From Patescibacteria group bacterium (GTDB lineage Bacteria; Patescibacteriota; Saccharimonadia; Saccharimonadales; Saccharimonadaceae), in contig JAZKFY010000001.1 of NCBI GenBank assembly GCA_040386175.1, forward strand, positions 55,135 through 119,134: 64,000 bases of DNA, read 5' to 3'. A program made the position numbers and the translations under genes. This document shows, piece after piece, positions 52,122 through 63,136 of the stretch; the stretch's first letter is position 1; the number at the start of each line of letters is the position of its first letter. The notes under the pieces were generated by a model. It saw only the letters and a list, made by a program, of their open reading frames with translations, was not told the DNA's origin and searched no databases.

Positions 52122-52208
52122 TGGTGCGCGCGAGAGGACTTGAACCTCCACGACCTTGCGGACACTAGCACCTCAAGCTAGCCTGTCTACCAATTCCAGC
52201 ACGCGCGC
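52122..52208 (-). tRNA. tRNA-Leu (GAG)
   Basis: CTAGC-TTGAGGT-GCTAG anticodon arm, long variable arm, CCA. Confidence 0.95.
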
Positions 52209-52317
52209 ACATTGCGATTTATTATACCACCGTTAATGTCTTTTTTAAAGAGATGGGCTAACACCGTCAACAATTATTGCAATCAGGGGTCGATTCGTGT
52301 ACAATATCGTGAGGTAA

Positions 52318-52394
52318 GGGTGATTAGCTCAGTTGGCTAGAGCATCTCGTTTACACCGAGAGGGTCGGGGGTTCGAATCCCTCATCACCCACCA
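52318..52394 (+). tRNA. tRNA-Val (TAC)
   Basis: CTCG-TTTACAC-CGAG, GTTCGAATC, CCA. Confidence 0.96.
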
Positions 52395-52449
52395 TAGAAA
52401 CAACCTACCATTTCGGTAGGTTTTTTCTATGTCTAAAATAAAGGATAGG

Positions 52450-54243
52450 TTACGGTGTGTTGTAAACCATTCGGTCGCCCACCGACCAGAATCGGACATC
52501 GCCATATCGGTCGGCGCTCGATACTAGTATGAAATCTTTAGGAAGTGCATGGATACTTTTTGTGTGTACGTATTGCATGGTTGCTTGATACAATCCAATC
52601 GCTGGTGCATCGGAAAGCCATTGATTTGCAAAGTTAATATACTTTGCATTACGCAAATCAGTTTCAACTCGCGCACGAGCACTCACTAACGCATCGTCCG
52701 CAATCGCGTTCTTGTAGTTCGAGAAGTTCAAGCCAGTAGTAGCCTGTGAACTATGCCAGTAGGCATATACATCTGGGTCACCACCAATAGTAAGCTGATA
52801 AAGCAATACATCGTACTGACGAGGTTGAAGAATATCTCGAACAACATCTTGAGATGGGTCATTCGGGTCAACAATATTCGTGGTTACTGTAACGCCAAGT
52901 TCTCGCCATTGGCTCGATAATATCTCTAACGATTTCTCAAAATCATTATTCTTTGTTGTCACCACATTTAACTTCAACGCTTGGCCGTCTTTCATACGCA
53001 CATCACCTTGCATTCCCCAGCCTGCTTCATCTAAGAGTTGGTTGGCTCGGGAGACATCGTACACAGGTTTAGCCGGAACATTACCACTTACCTGATTATT
53101 TATAAATGGCAAATATAATTCAGGTAGTTGAGGTGACAATGCATCGCGCACCTCTTCTGTATTTGTACCCGCTTGCAATGCTTGCCGCACCTTCTTGTCT
53201 TGAAGCACTGGGCTTGTGGTATTCATTAAGGCATACACACCACTATTCACAGCACGGTGCTCGACAGCATACCTATCGCCCGTTATGGCATTCGAATCAG
53301 TTACCGTTAAATCGGTAGCTGCATTCACCTCAGAAGTAGCGAGCGCTCGCTTAATGCCATCAATATCTTTATATACGTGGAGTTGGATTCGATCGAGTTT
53401 TGGAGTTCCTAGGAAGTATGAGTCGCTTTTTGCAAGGTGAACAATCTTGCGGCCATTCGCGTTATCCACTTCTTGAAGCAACCTCAAAGTGAATGGGCCA
53501 CTACCTACCGGCTTAGAGCTAAATGAGTTTTCACGAAGTGCAGCTGGCTCGATGTCACGAAGAACATGCTCTGGAAGGATTGGCAAGAATCGTAATGCGT
53601 GAGGGAAAGCAGCATACACAGCAGGAAGTTCGAAAGCAACGGTTCGGCTATCAATTTCCTTAGCTGTTACGTTATCCCAACCTGTAATAGTTGAGCGAGT
53701 TGCAGGGTTCTTTAAAAGATTCATTGTAAACACAACGTCTCGAGCACGAACATACATACCATCATCCCAACGTGCGTCAGGTCGAATAGTAAAGGTGTAT
53801 GTTTTACCATCAGGACTTACTGCCATACTATCAACAAGGTCGTAGTTCAGGCGACCACTTTTATCATAGGTAAGTAGACGTGAGAAAAGGAGTTCACCGG
53901 CTGCTTCTTCCCCGCTTGATTTAGCAAAAATTGGGTTAAGGGTGTCGACTGGCCCAAGCACTGCTTCGGCGTAAGTACCGCCAGATGCATTTGCTACCGT
54001 CTGGTAATCATTTTGGTACCACAAGTATTGCAACCCAGTTGCACCAATAATAATACCGATAGCTAATACCCATAACGCAATTCGGCGACGAACCTCACGG
54101 AAGTTATCCAAACGCTTAAACACAAACCTTCGAGCGTGCTTAACCGTTGCACCCTCTACTTTTTTCATACGACGAGAAAGCTCTTTAGAGCTAAAACTCA
54201 TTTTCGGAATGCGACGCCACTTATTAGGTTCGTTATCAGCCAC
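52450..54243 (-). CDS. Peptide ABC transporter substrate-binding protein (family 5), TM-anchored
   Basis: TLNPIF, YTFTIR.DARW.DG, PVGSGPF motifs. Confidence 0.9.
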   Translation of the reverse strand: MADNEPNKWRRIPKMSFSSKELSRRMKKVEGATVKHARRFVFKRLDNFREVRRRIALWVLAIGIIIGATGLQYLWYQNDYQTVANASGGTYAEAVLGPVDTLNPIFAKSSGEEAAGELLFSRLLTYDKSGRLNYDLVDSMAVSPDGKTYTFTIRPDARWDDGMYVRARDVVFTMNLLKNPATRSTITGWDNVTAKEIDSRTVAFELPAVYAAFPHALRFLPILPEHVLRDIEPAALRENSFSSKPVGSGPFTLRLLQEVDNANGRKIVHLAKSDSYFLGTPKLDRIQLHVYKDIDGIKRALATSEVNAATDLTVTDSNAITGDRYAVEHRAVNSGVYALMNTTSPVLQDKKVRQALQAGTNTEEVRDALSPQLPELYLPFINNQVSGNVPAKPVYDVSRANQLLDEAGWGMQGDVRMKDGQALKLNVVTTKNNDFEKSLEILSSQWRELGVTVTTNIVDPNDPSQDVVRDILQPRQYDVLLYQLTIGGDPDVYAYWHSSQATTGLNFSNYKNAIADDALVSARARVETDLRNAKYINFANQWLSDAPAIGLYQATMQYVHTKSIHALPKDFILVSSADRYGDVRFWSVGDRMVYNTP

Positions 54244-54261
54244 GTGTTACCTTTTTTATAA

Positions 54262-54489
54262 TTAGCTAGGAATAAGAAGACCGGTCAGGATAGACAGTAT
54301 AAATATAACTGCAAAAACAATCGTCACCTCAAAGAGGTTTTTATCGACACCACGACGAGTCGTGTAAAGTTCACCAGAACTACCAAAACCAGCACCAAGG
54401 GTTGCGCCGCGTTGCTGTAATAGAATAGAAACAATCATTAAGATGGCAGAGCCAATCATAATAATTTGCAAAATAGTATCAATGCTCAT
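54262..54489 (-). CDS. secG: Preprotein translocase subunit SecG
   Basis: ILLQQRGATLGAGFG...TRRG, 2 TM. Confidence 0.92.
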   Translation of the reverse strand: MSIDTILQIIMIGSAILMIVSILLQQRGATLGAGFGSSGELYTTRRGVDKNLFEVTIVFAVIFILSILTGLLIPS

Positions 54490-54879
54490 TTATTTACTCC
54501 TACTGGTTTCACTGCGTATTTCTACGACAGCACTTACTATATAGTTTACCAGACTTAGGATGATTCCGGTAATAATTGAGTTACCAAATGACATATCTAC
54601 GCCCGGTGCGAGTTTCAGTGAAAGATACACAATAATGCCGTTTACGATAATAGTAAACAGACCTAGAGTTAAAAGAATTGCTGGTAATGAAACGATAACA
54701 AGGAGCGGTTTAAATAAACTATTTACCACCGAGAAAATGAAGCCAGCAAACAGAAAGCCCCAAAAACCGGCCGTAACATCGACATCGTCATACCCAGTAC
54801 CGAGTATACGAAACGCCACCCAAAACCCAAGCGCGTTCAGTGCCCAACGTAAAAGAAATACAAGAAATTGTGTTTTCAT
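54490..54879 (-). CDS. 4-TM phage-holin-family (DUF360/YvlD) membrane protein
   Basis: VNSLFKP...LP..LLTLGLF..IVNG motif. Confidence 0.85.
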   Translation of the reverse strand: MKTQFLVFLLRWALNALGFWVAFRILGTGYDDVDVTAGFWGFLFAGFIFSVVNSLFKPLLVIVSLPAILLTLGLFTIIVNGIIVYLSLKLAPGVDMSFGNSIITGIILSLVNYIVSAVVEIRSETSRSK

Positions 54880-54896
54880 TATTAATTATTAGTATA

Positions 54897-56075
54897 TCAC
54901 AGAGAGGTTGAGAGGGTTTCGGATAGGTTTTTATGGCCAGTTTCAGTAATAAGAATATTGTCTTCAATTCGCACCCCAATTCCCTCTTCTGGAATATAGA
55001 TACCCGGCTCAACTGTTAACACCATGCCTGGTTTAAATGTTTTTGGCATACCAAGTGGGTCATGAACATCAATGCCTAAACCATGGCTAACTGCATGCGG
55101 GAAATAGGTTCGATAATCATCAGGTTTATTTAACAGCCCTAATTCTTTTAATTCACGCTTCATAATTTCATCAACTTTTTCATGGTATTCTTTAACACCT
55201 AACTCAGGTTTCAATAATGAAATAATTTCATAGTGCGCTCGTTCAACCGCAGCATGTACTGCCTTTTCACGTTCAGAAACCTCACCCACTGCATAGGTTC
55301 GTGTAATGTCCGCTGCATATCCATTCCATCGCGCACCAATATCGAGTAGGACGAGTGCATTTTTCTCAACAGCTTCGTTATTCTTATTGTAATGCAGCGT
55401 ACAGGCATGGCGGCCGGAGGCAACGATTGGTTCATAGGCATGGCCTTGGGCGCCTTCGTGTCGAAATGCATACGAAAAATCTGCTTCAATCTCATACTCA
55501 TAATTGTACGTATCGATATTTTCTTTTACTTTATTAAACGCACCTATCGATACATCAATTGCTTTTTGAATATTTTTAATCTCGTCTTCACTTTTTATCG
55601 CTCGGAGTTTGTAAAATATTGGCTGAACGTCGCGAACTTCTTTAAAAGAATTCCGCAGCTGGTCAATTAATGCCGCCCGAGTCGGGTTCGGTACCATATG
55701 ATGCGCATCAACTATCGGGTCGACCGTATACACAGCTTCGTATTTTGAATGAAGGTTTTCAATAATAGATTCTGATTCTTTTTGAGAGATGATCGTATCA
55801 ATTCCCGAGTTCATACGAATGTCTTCGAAGTCTGATGAGCCGTTGAAGATTTCTTCAATTTCACTTTTCGTAGGCGAAACAAGCCAAGCGTCTTTATCAT
55901 CAAGAATTAATTGCCAGCCGGGTTCATCTATATTTGTTAACCAGAAAAATGATGCTTCTTGGCAAAATGGGGTTTCCTGGTCGCCCGATAGTTGCACGAG
56001 TTCATTACCAGAAATAATTAAAGGATAGCCCTCAAGTTTAGTACGAATTATTTCAATATGTTTGCGCGTGTTCAT
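54897..56075 (-). CDS. pepP: Xaa-Pro aminopeptidase (M24)
   Basis: DIG..YAADITRT, HGLGIDVHD, TVEPGIY, GVRIED. Confidence 0.88.
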   Translation of the reverse strand: MNTRKHIEIIRTKLEGYPLIISGNELVQLSGDQETPFCQEASFFWLTNIDEPGWQLILDDKDAWLVSPTKSEIEEIFNGSSDFEDIRMNSGIDTIISQKESESIIENLHSKYEAVYTVDPIVDAHHMVPNPTRAALIDQLRNSFKEVRDVQPIFYKLRAIKSEDEIKNIQKAIDVSIGAFNKVKENIDTYNYEYEIEADFSYAFRHEGAQGHAYEPIVASGRHACTLHYNKNNEAVEKNALVLLDIGARWNGYAADITRTYAVGEVSEREKAVHAAVERAHYEIISLLKPELGVKEYHEKVDEIMKRELKELGLLNKPDDYRTYFPHAVSHGLGIDVHDPLGMPKTFKPGMVLTVEPGIYIPEEGIGVRIEDNILITETGHKNLSETLSTSL

Positions 56076-56103
56076 TGCTTTTTAGAATAGCACGAACCCT
56101 TTA

Positions 56104-57657
56104 TTATTCGCTAAGGTATTGGCTTACAAGCGCCGCTGTTTTGGCGCCTATAGCATTCTCAAGCTCTTCTTTTGAAGCAGTCTTAACGCCACGCAAGCTT
56201 CCGAAAGTTTTAATAAGTTTCCGCCGTGTTACTGGGCCAATTCCTGGAATCTCTTCAAGCACGCTTGCTGTTTGTTTTTGTCGTTTCAGTACCGTATGGT
56301 AGCTCACTGCAAAACGGTGCGACTCATCACGAATTCGTTGGAATAATTTTGTAAGGTCGCTGTACTTACTAAAGGTACTACCTTGTAAGTTTTTAGAGTG
56401 CGATGAAGCATTTCGTTGGTCGGGGTGTAAGTTTACAACGTAAAAATCATTGGAACGAGCCACAAGAATGCCATCTTTCGGGTCAGTCCTGAGCGCCTCA
56501 ATATAGCTCGTATCAATAAATGAACGTGTGGCATGAATAATTAATTCTTCTTCGCGCTTAGCGATACTTATAACGGGAATCTTTAGCGACTGAGCTTCGA
56601 TCGCTTTAATAGCAGCTTCTAATTGGCCTTTTCCACCATCAATTAAAAGTAACTGCGGCGTGCCCCAAGCTTTAATGTTTTTAGGCGACAACCTTCGAAA
56701 AATTGTTTCATACATATTCGCATAGTCGTCGTTTTGTTCTATTTTGGTTTTATATTTTCGATAATCACTTCGGCTACTGACGCCATTAATAAACACTACC
56801 TGGCTGGCAACAACATTCGTACCGCTCATGTGTGAAATATCAAAGCCTTCAATACGAACTGGGTTTTTCTCAAACAATAATAATTCACGAAGTAAAATAA
56901 GTGCTTTGTCTTTGCTGATATCCATGAATTCTTTATCACCAAACATAATTCGTTGCTGCAAAGCTTTTAGGTCATTAAGTTTATTGCGGTATCGTGCCGC
57001 ATTCTCAAAATCATGCATCTTAGCGGATTGCTGCATCTGCTTTTCGATATCCCGAATAATTGCCTTTCGGCCTCCTTCAAAATAACGTGTCAATTGTCGA
57101 AGCGAAGCTTTGTATTCTTCACTTGAAATACCCGGCCGAGGGCTTAACCCAATATGCGCATCAAGGTCTGGGCGGGCTCCATCTTTTGGTGGCTTTGTAT
57201 AATAGGGGAATACTTTTCGCAAATAGCGAAGCGCTTTTTTAATCGCAAACCCGTTGTAGTACGGGCCAAAATAGTCAGCGCCGTCATCAGCCGGATTACG
57301 AGTGAAACTAACCGTCGGCCATTCGCTTTTCATATCAATCCGAATGTACATTTGCGACTTATCGTCACGAAGAAGAATGTTATAGCGAGGCATGTACCGC
57401 TTCACCATTTCAGATTCTAGAAATAGCGCATCGAGTTCGCTTTCTGTTTCCACCCAATCGGTGTCATAAATCTCATCAACCAATGCGAGGGTTTTTATAT
57501 CCATATCTCGCCTGCTTTGGAAATATTGCTTTACGCGGTTCTTAAGTACTGCCGCCTTACCTACATAAATAATCTCGCCATTTTCAGACTTATGAAAATA
57601 CACCCCGGCGGAGCGTGGTAAGGTTTTGAGCTTTGCTTCTAGCTGCGCATTCATCAT
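56104..57657 (-). CDS. uvrC: Excinuclease ABC subunit C
   Basis: GIY-YIG (YVGKA), UVR domain, IEGFDISH, LIDGGKGQL, RDESHRFA, HhH. Confidence 0.94.
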   Translation of the reverse strand: MMNAQLEAKLKTLPRSAGVYFHKSENGEIIYVGKAAVLKNRVKQYFQSRRDMDIKTLALVDEIYDTDWVETESELDALFLESEMVKRYMPRYNILLRDDKSQMYIRIDMKSEWPTVSFTRNPADDGADYFGPYYNGFAIKKALRYLRKVFPYYTKPPKDGARPDLDAHIGLSPRPGISSEEYKASLRQLTRYFEGGRKAIIRDIEKQMQQSAKMHDFENAARYRNKLNDLKALQQRIMFGDKEFMDISKDKALILLRELLLFEKNPVRIEGFDISHMSGTNVVASQVVFINGVSSRSDYRKYKTKIEQNDDYANMYETIFRRLSPKNIKAWGTPQLLLIDGGKGQLEAAIKAIEAQSLKIPVISIAKREEELIIHATRSFIDTSYIEALRTDPKDGILVARSNDFYVVNLHPDQRNASSHSKNLQGSTFSKYSDLTKLFQRIRDESHRFAVSYHTVLKRQKQTASVLEEIPGIGPVTRRKLIKTFGSLRGVKTASKEELENAIGAKTAALVSQYLSE

Positions 57658-57742
57658 CTTATAGTATACCTAATGATTTAATTCTAAAGAACAAAAATTG
57701 CCGCTTACGAGAAGCGGCAATTTGTTTGAACTAAGAAGTAAA

Positions 57743-58300
57743 TTACTTTGTAAGTTCGCTTTGTGCTTTGAAAGCAAAGGCAATTGATAGTGAACCGTAA
57801 AGTACGGCGTAAAGACCAATAATCCATACGATAGCAACACCAGCAGTAACTGGTTGAGCCAAAGTGATGATACCGGCAATGATACCAATAACACCAAGGA
57901 TAACGCTGAACACACGGTTGCTACCAGTGCGGTTTCCATCAAAGAGTCCTTCGAGGATATCAACCACACCACGTACGAGGAAGGTGAGACCGAAGAAGAA
58001 TACAAAGATGAGCGCTGTAGCATCTGGGTTACGTAATACATACACAGCAAGACCAAGAGCTAGAAGGCTGAAGATCAACTCAAGCCACCAAAACTTTTCT
58101 TTACCAATGCTAGTTAGGCTGGTAATAATACCAACGATACCCCAAATTAGTATGAATACTCCGAAGAATACGATTAATAACGCTACGGTTAGACCTGGCC
58201 AAAATAGTGCAACAATACCGAATAATATTGCGAGCACGCCTTGAGCGATAGCAAGTCCCCACAGTTGTTTTTCAACTGGACTTAGTTCATTTTTTGCCAT
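57743..58300 (-). CDS. HdeD/DUF308 membrane protein
   Basis: GVLAILFGIVALFWP repeat architecture, 6 TM. Confidence 0.85.
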   Translation of the reverse strand: MAKNELSPVEKQLWGLAIAQGVLAILFGIVALFWPGLTVALLIVFFGVFILIWGIVGIITSLTSIGKEKFWWLELIFSLLALGLAVYVLRNPDATALIFVFFFGLTFLVRGVVDILEGLFDGNRTGSNRVFSVILGVIGIIAGIITLAQPVTAGVAIVWIIGLYAVLYGSLSIAFAFKAQSELTK

Positions 58301-58365
58301 GTTATGACACTCCCATTAATAGTTGTGTCTTCAGTATACGCTCAGAATCGATAAATAGGTAGAAA

Positions 58366-59268
58366 TTATACTAAAACAGTTTGTGCGTTTTTACGGCATT
58401 CTTCCGTGTGGAATAATAGTTCAGGGTTTTCTTTACAATTTTCGCAGATAAGAACAAGGTCGTTACAGTTTGCCCAAGCACAGTTTTCGAAGTTGCTTGT
58501 TTTGCCGGCACAGTGCGTACATTCGCCAATTGTTTTTGTGTGATCGCTAAATTCCACAGTCATACGGTCGTCAAATACACGAAGGCTACCCTCCCAAAGG
58601 CCATCATCACCATAGGCTTCACCATACTTCACAATTCCACCATCAATTTGGTAGACATCTTTAAATCCACGCTTCTTCATCATGGCTGAAATAACTTCAC
58701 AACGAATACCGCCAGTACAATAGGTAACGATTTTTTTGTCTTTAATATCGTCGTACTTGTCGCTTTCAAGTTCAGCAATAAAATCACGTGAGGTATTCGT
58801 GTTCGGAACGATAGCGTTTTTAAACTTACCAATTTTAGCTTCATGCTCATTACGGCCATCAAAGAAAATAACGTCATCACCGAATTCTTCAACTAATTCA
58901 TGTACTTGTCGTGGTTTTAGATGGACACCACTACCAACAACACCATTCTCATCGACCTGCACTTCGTCTTCACTATTCTGGAAACCAACTAATTCACGGC
59001 GAGATTTTACACTCATGCGCGGAAAGTCTTCGCGGCCACCATCACTCCATTTGAAAACAACGTCTTTAAAAGCTGGATAGGTTTTTGTAGCTTTAATGTA
59101 TGCTTTAAGGTCATCCATTTCACCACCAACCGTTCCATTTAATCCTTGTGTACTCACTAAAATTCGCCCACGCAAGTTAAGGCTTTCGGTTAAGATTTTT
59201 TGCCACAACTTAACAGCCTCAGGGTCGCTGATTGGAGCAAATTTATAATAAAGTAGGATTTTTTGCAT
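58366..59268 (-). CDS. trhO: Rhodanese-domain tRNA hydroxylase TrhO (YceA)
   Basis: [27 protein letters not shown]. Confidence 0.9.
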   Translation of the reverse strand: MQKILLYYKFAPISDPEAVKLWQKILTESLNLRGRILVSTQGLNGTVGGEMDDLKAYIKATKTYPAFKDVVFKWSDGGREDFPRMSVKSRRELVGFQNSEDEVQVDENGVVGSGVHLKPRQVHELVEEFGDDVIFFDGRNEHEAKIGKFKNAIVPNTNTSRDFIAELESDKYDDIKDKKIVTYCTGGIRCEVISAMMKKRGFKDVYQIDGGIVKYGEAYGDDGLWEGSLRVFDDRMTVEFSDHTKTIGECTHCAGKTSNFENCAWANCNDLVLICENCKENPELLFHTEECRKNAQTVLV

Positions 59269-59320
59269 CAATGAAAATTATAGCATTTTTAACCCTTTAA
59301 ATCTAGAGTATACTAGTACT

Positions 59321-59704
59321 ATGAACCCACAGCTAGATCCAAGAGTTGACGAGTATATTGCCCAATTTCCGGCAGACATTCAAACTCGTTTAAATGCAAT
59401 CCGCACCGTTATTCGTAACGTCCTTCCTCGAAGTATTGAAGATATTAGCTACAAAATGCCAGCGTATCGACTTGAAGATGGAAAACGCGCAGTTGTGTTT
59501 TTTAGTGCTTTTGAAAAACATATCGGAATTTATGCAGTGCTTACACCCGATGACTCTGACCTATATAAAAGAATCGCTCCTTACAACACTGGTAAAGGGA
59601 CGCTTCAGTTTAAAAACAACGAGCCTCTTCCACTTAAATTAATCGCAGAGGTACTTGCCCAGCACGCAATTCAAGTCTCTTCAAAAGCTACAGAAAAGAA
59701 ATAA
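59321..59704 (+). CDS. DUF1801 (YdhG-like) protein
   Basis: VDEYI, ISYKMPAY, KGTLQF..PLP. Confidence 0.85.
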   Translation: MNPQLDPRVDEYIAQFPADIQTRLNAIRTVIRNVLPRSIEDISYKMPAYRLEDGKRAVVFFSAFEKHIGIYAVLTPDDSDLYKRIAPYNTGKGTLQFKNNEPLPLKLIAEVLAQHAIQVSSKATEKK

Positions 59705-59705
59705 C

Positions 59706-61475
59706 ATGGCCGAAAAAGTTAACACAGTCACACTATTAGAAACTTTGTCATTTCACTGGAAGCATGCTTTAAAATACCCAAAACAAGTAGCGCTTAGTTT
59801 TATTGTTGGCCCAATAAGTATTATTGGTGAAAGATACATTGCACCAATTTTCATCGCCGCTTTACTGACAGCCATTCAAATGGGTACGGCAACTATTGAA
59901 AATTCAATTTGGCTTATCGTTGGCTATGCAGCTGTACAAATAATCGCCTTTGTTATTGGGTACCGAGTTAACCTGTTTGCTATGTGGTCAGTTCAAATTC
60001 ATGGAGCACGCGACATCAACCAGCAGGCATATGAATCAATTGCTCGCCACTCATTGCAATTTCACAATAATCGATTCGCGGGCTCAATTGTATCCCAGGT
60101 GGGTAAAACCGCATCATCATTCTTTGCATTCTGGAATATGATTGTATTTGAAGTTATGTTTGCGGTTGTGGCAATCATTGCCACGCTTATTGGTGTGAGT
60201 TTTATCTCCCTACCACTCACAGTAATACTCGCGGTATTTGTAACTATTTTCATTATATCGGCTTACTTCGGCACTCGTTTTATGCGTCCACGCCAAATTG
60301 CTCGATCTAAAGCATACTCAAAAGTATCCGGGCAATTGTCAGATTCCATTAGTAATATGGTTGCAGTCAAAATCGAGAGCAAAGAAAAAGGCGAAGAGAA
60401 AAGGCTCTCAGGATATCTTGAAGATGTATTAATTAAAGAAAAAAGTGTTCGAAAAGGCGTCATGACCACAACTTCAGTAACATCAGTTATTGTTGCGTTC
60501 GCTCGAATATCGGCACTGGTTGTGGCAGTTTGGGCAGTTCAAACCCAAACAATTAATGCAGGTGCTGTGTTCCTACTTATTACTTATACCTTCAACTTAC
60601 TAATGGAAGTATGGAATATTAACACCGCCTTACGAACCATGTATCAAATTAGTGGTGATAGCGAAGAATTGCTCGCAATCATGAAAGCGCCTGTTGATAT
60701 TCAAGATACCTCAGCAAAAAAGCTTAAAGCTACCAATGGTACAGTAGTTATTGATAACGTTACCTTTGCTCATGAAGTTGGCGATAATCTATTTGAAGGT
60801 TTAAACCTTACAATTCCAGCCGGGCAAAAAGTTGGAGTTGTTGGCGTCAGTGGCTCGGGTAAATCAACGCTTACTAAACTTCTTCTACGCCTTAGCGACC
60901 CAAAGTCAGGCTCTATCAAGATTGATGGACAGGACATCGCAGAAGTCTCCCAGGTGTCTCTTCATGATGCAATTGCGTACGTGCCGCAAGAGCCATTACT
61001 ATTCCACCGAAGCCTACATGAAAATATTTCTTACTCACGGCCAAAAGCAACCGAGAATGAAGTCAAGAATGCAGCAAAAGATGCACAAGCGTATAACTTC
61101 ATTAAAGTATTAGATAAAGGTTTTGAAACACTTGTTGGCGAGAGAGGCGTAAAGCTTTCTGGTGGACAACGGCAGCGTATAGCTATTGCTCGAGCCATCC
61201 TAAAACAAGCACCCGTTCTTATTCTCGACGAAGCCACTAGTGCGCTCGATAGTGAAAGCGAACAGCTCATTCAAAAAGCCCTCGAGAAGTTAATGGAGGG
61301 GCGAACCAGCATCGTTATCGCCCATCGCCTTTCAACCATCTCTAAACTAGACAGAATTATCGTCATGGAAAACGGTAAGATTATTGAGGATGGAAACCAT
61401 CAAGAACTGCTTGAGCAAAAAGGTATGTATGCCAAACTATGGGCGCACCAATCTGGTGGCTTTATCGAAGAATAG
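59706..61475 (+). CDS. ABC transporter, fused permease/ATPase
   Basis: TM domain, GVSGSGKS, LSGGQRQR, LDEATSALD. Confidence 0.94.
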   Translation: MAEKVNTVTLLETLSFHWKHALKYPKQVALSFIVGPISIIGERYIAPIFIAALLTAIQMGTATIENSIWLIVGYAAVQIIAFVIGYRVNLFAMWSVQIHGARDINQQAYESIARHSLQFHNNRFAGSIVSQVGKTASSFFAFWNMIVFEVMFAVVAIIATLIGVSFISLPLTVILAVFVTIFIISAYFGTRFMRPRQIARSKAYSKVSGQLSDSISNMVAVKIESKEKGEEKRLSGYLEDVLIKEKSVRKGVMTTTSVTSVIVAFARISALVVAVWAVQTQTINAGAVFLLITYTFNLLMEVWNINTALRTMYQISGDSEELLAIMKAPVDIQDTSAKKLKATNGTVVIDNVTFAHEVGDNLFEGLNLTIPAGQKVGVVGVSGSGKSTLTKLLLRLSDPKSGSIKIDGQDIAEVSQVSLHDAIAYVPQEPLLFHRSLHENISYSRPKATENEVKNAAKDAQAYNFIKVLDKGFETLVGERGVKLSGGQRQRIAIARAILKQAPVLILDEATSALDSESEQLIQKALEKLMEGRTSIVIAHRLSTISKLDRIIVMENGKIIEDGNHQELLEQKGMYAKLWAHQSGGFIEE

Positions 61476-61550
61476 CTCTTCCTATAGTGCGTATAAAATA
61501 AAAGTTCCCGCAGGTATATCCATGCGGGAACTTTTTTAATGCAGAGCTAT

Positions 61551-62282
61551 TTATTTGTTAGCATCAACATTTGATTGTTTTGGCTCATCTTGAAGTTTGC
61601 CACCTGGCTTCTTTTCTTCAGCTTGAGTGTCTTGTGGTGTGTCAGCACCGTTCTCAGCTTCAACATCAGTATCGATAGTTGCGTCACCGGCAGCAGCTTC
61701 GTTCGCAGCTTCAAGTGCAGCTGGTTCGTATACATTCGCTACAACCAAATCAAGGTCTTGTTCAACATCAGCGAACTCAACACCTTCAGGTAGCTTAATG
61801 TCAGCAACAGTAATTTTGTCTTCGTCAGTTGCTAAACCAGCAATTGAGATTTCAAGTGATTCAGGCAATGAAGCAGGCTTTGCCTTAACTTCTAGGTGCT
61901 CGATAGCTTGAAGAACGATAAGCCCAGCTTTTTCAGCAACGCTTTCGCCTTGACCAACAAGTACAATTGGCACTTGAGTAGTAATAACGTCATTTTGCTT
62001 AATAGCGTGAAAAGCAACGTGTAAAATTTGACGTTTTACAGGATCGATTTCAATATCTTTGATGATGGCCAATTTCTTTTTGCCATCAATAGTAAGATGA
62101 ACTGGAGTGTGTAACCCAGCTTCTTGAACAACTTTAGTTGTTTCAACAAACGCAGATTGCGTTGATACGGGTTCGTCGTGACCACCGTAAACAACACTCG
62201 GAACAAAACCGTCCCTACGAAGGTTGGCTACTTTTTTGCCAGTAGCTTCGCGTGTATCTAGTTTTAGTGTAATTTCTTGCAT
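61551..62282 (-). CDS. rplY: 50S ribosomal protein L25/Ctc
   Basis: LRRDGFVPSVVYG, ILHVAF, Ctc C-terminal domain. Confidence 0.93.
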   Translation of the reverse strand: MQEITLKLDTREATGKKVANLRRDGFVPSVVYGGHDEPVSTQSAFVETTKVVQEAGLHTPVHLTIDGKKKLAIIKDIEIDPVKRQILHVAFHAIKQNDVITTQVPIVLVGQGESVAEKAGLIVLQAIEHLEVKAKPASLPESLEISIAGLATDEDKITVADIKLPEGVEFADVEQDLDLVVANVYEPAALEAANEAAAGDATIDTDVEAENGADTPQDTQAEEKKPGGKLQDEPKQSNVDANK

Positions 62283-62383
62283 TTCTCTCCCCTTAACTTT
62301 CGTTGTGAATGTTGTTAATTATAGCATATTTACCGTACTTTTGCTATTACTGCCCTTATATCAAACATGTTATAATTCAAGGA

Positions 62384-63055
62384 ATGATACCTGGTGTTGA
62401 TCTTATCGAATTCATCAAGATGGTTAGTATCCTCGGAGTAGCCGCTATTGTCTTTGCCGAATCTGGTCTTCTTATCGGTTTTTTCCTTCCAGGCGACAGC
62501 CTTTTATTTGCTACCGGCTTCTTAATTCACTCTGGTTTTCTAAATGTTAATATCCACGTTGCCGTATTAATCATTTTCATTGCAGCAATATTAGGTGACA
62601 GTGTTGGATATGCTTTTGGCCGTAAACTTGGCCCAACGTTATTCCGTAAAAAAGATGCTCGTTTCTTCAAGCAAAAATATATACAGCAAGCTCAAGCTTT
62701 CTACGAAAAACATGGTGGTAAAACTATTATCATCGCCCGCTTCGTACCAGTCGTTCGTACCTTCGCGCCAATTGTAGCCGGTGCAGGCAAAATGGAGTAC
62801 AAGCGTTTCCTTGCCTTTAATATCATCGGTGCGTTCCTGTGGGCTGCTGGTGTTACCTATGCTGGTTACTTGCTTGGAGGCGTTTTCGAAGCTGCAGGCA
62901 TCGAAATTGACCACGTACTCCTTCCTCTCATTGCAATCATTATCATAATTTCAGTCTTACCTCCGGCAATTCACATTCTTAAAGAAAAGAAAAACCGTGA
63001 TGCTATCTGGGATGGCACCAAAAAGCAGTTCAAGATTATCTTTAACCGAAAATAA
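62384..63055 (+). CDS. dedA: DedA family protein
   Basis: FAESGLLIGFFLPGDSLLF, ARFVPVVRTF. Confidence 0.92.
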   Translation: MIPGVDLIEFIKMVSILGVAAIVFAESGLLIGFFLPGDSLLFATGFLIHSGFLNVNIHVAVLIIFIAAILGDSVGYAFGRKLGPTLFRKKDARFFKQKYIQQAQAFYEKHGGKTIIIARFVPVVRTFAPIVAGAGKMEYKRFLAFNIIGAFLWAAGVTYAGYLLGGVFEAAGIEIDHVLLPLIAIIIIISVLPPAIHILKEKKNRDAIWDGTKKQFKIIFNRK

Positions 63056-63136
63056 TATCTTTAGTGCATTGATAATCCAATCCTAGTGTAACTAGGGTTG
63101 CTAAATACCGCTTATGCCTCCATACTAATCTTCAGT

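Noticed and set aside
54490-54879. Holin as evidence of a prophage
   Set aside because: This family is a common chromosomal gene and sits next to secG with no phage context.
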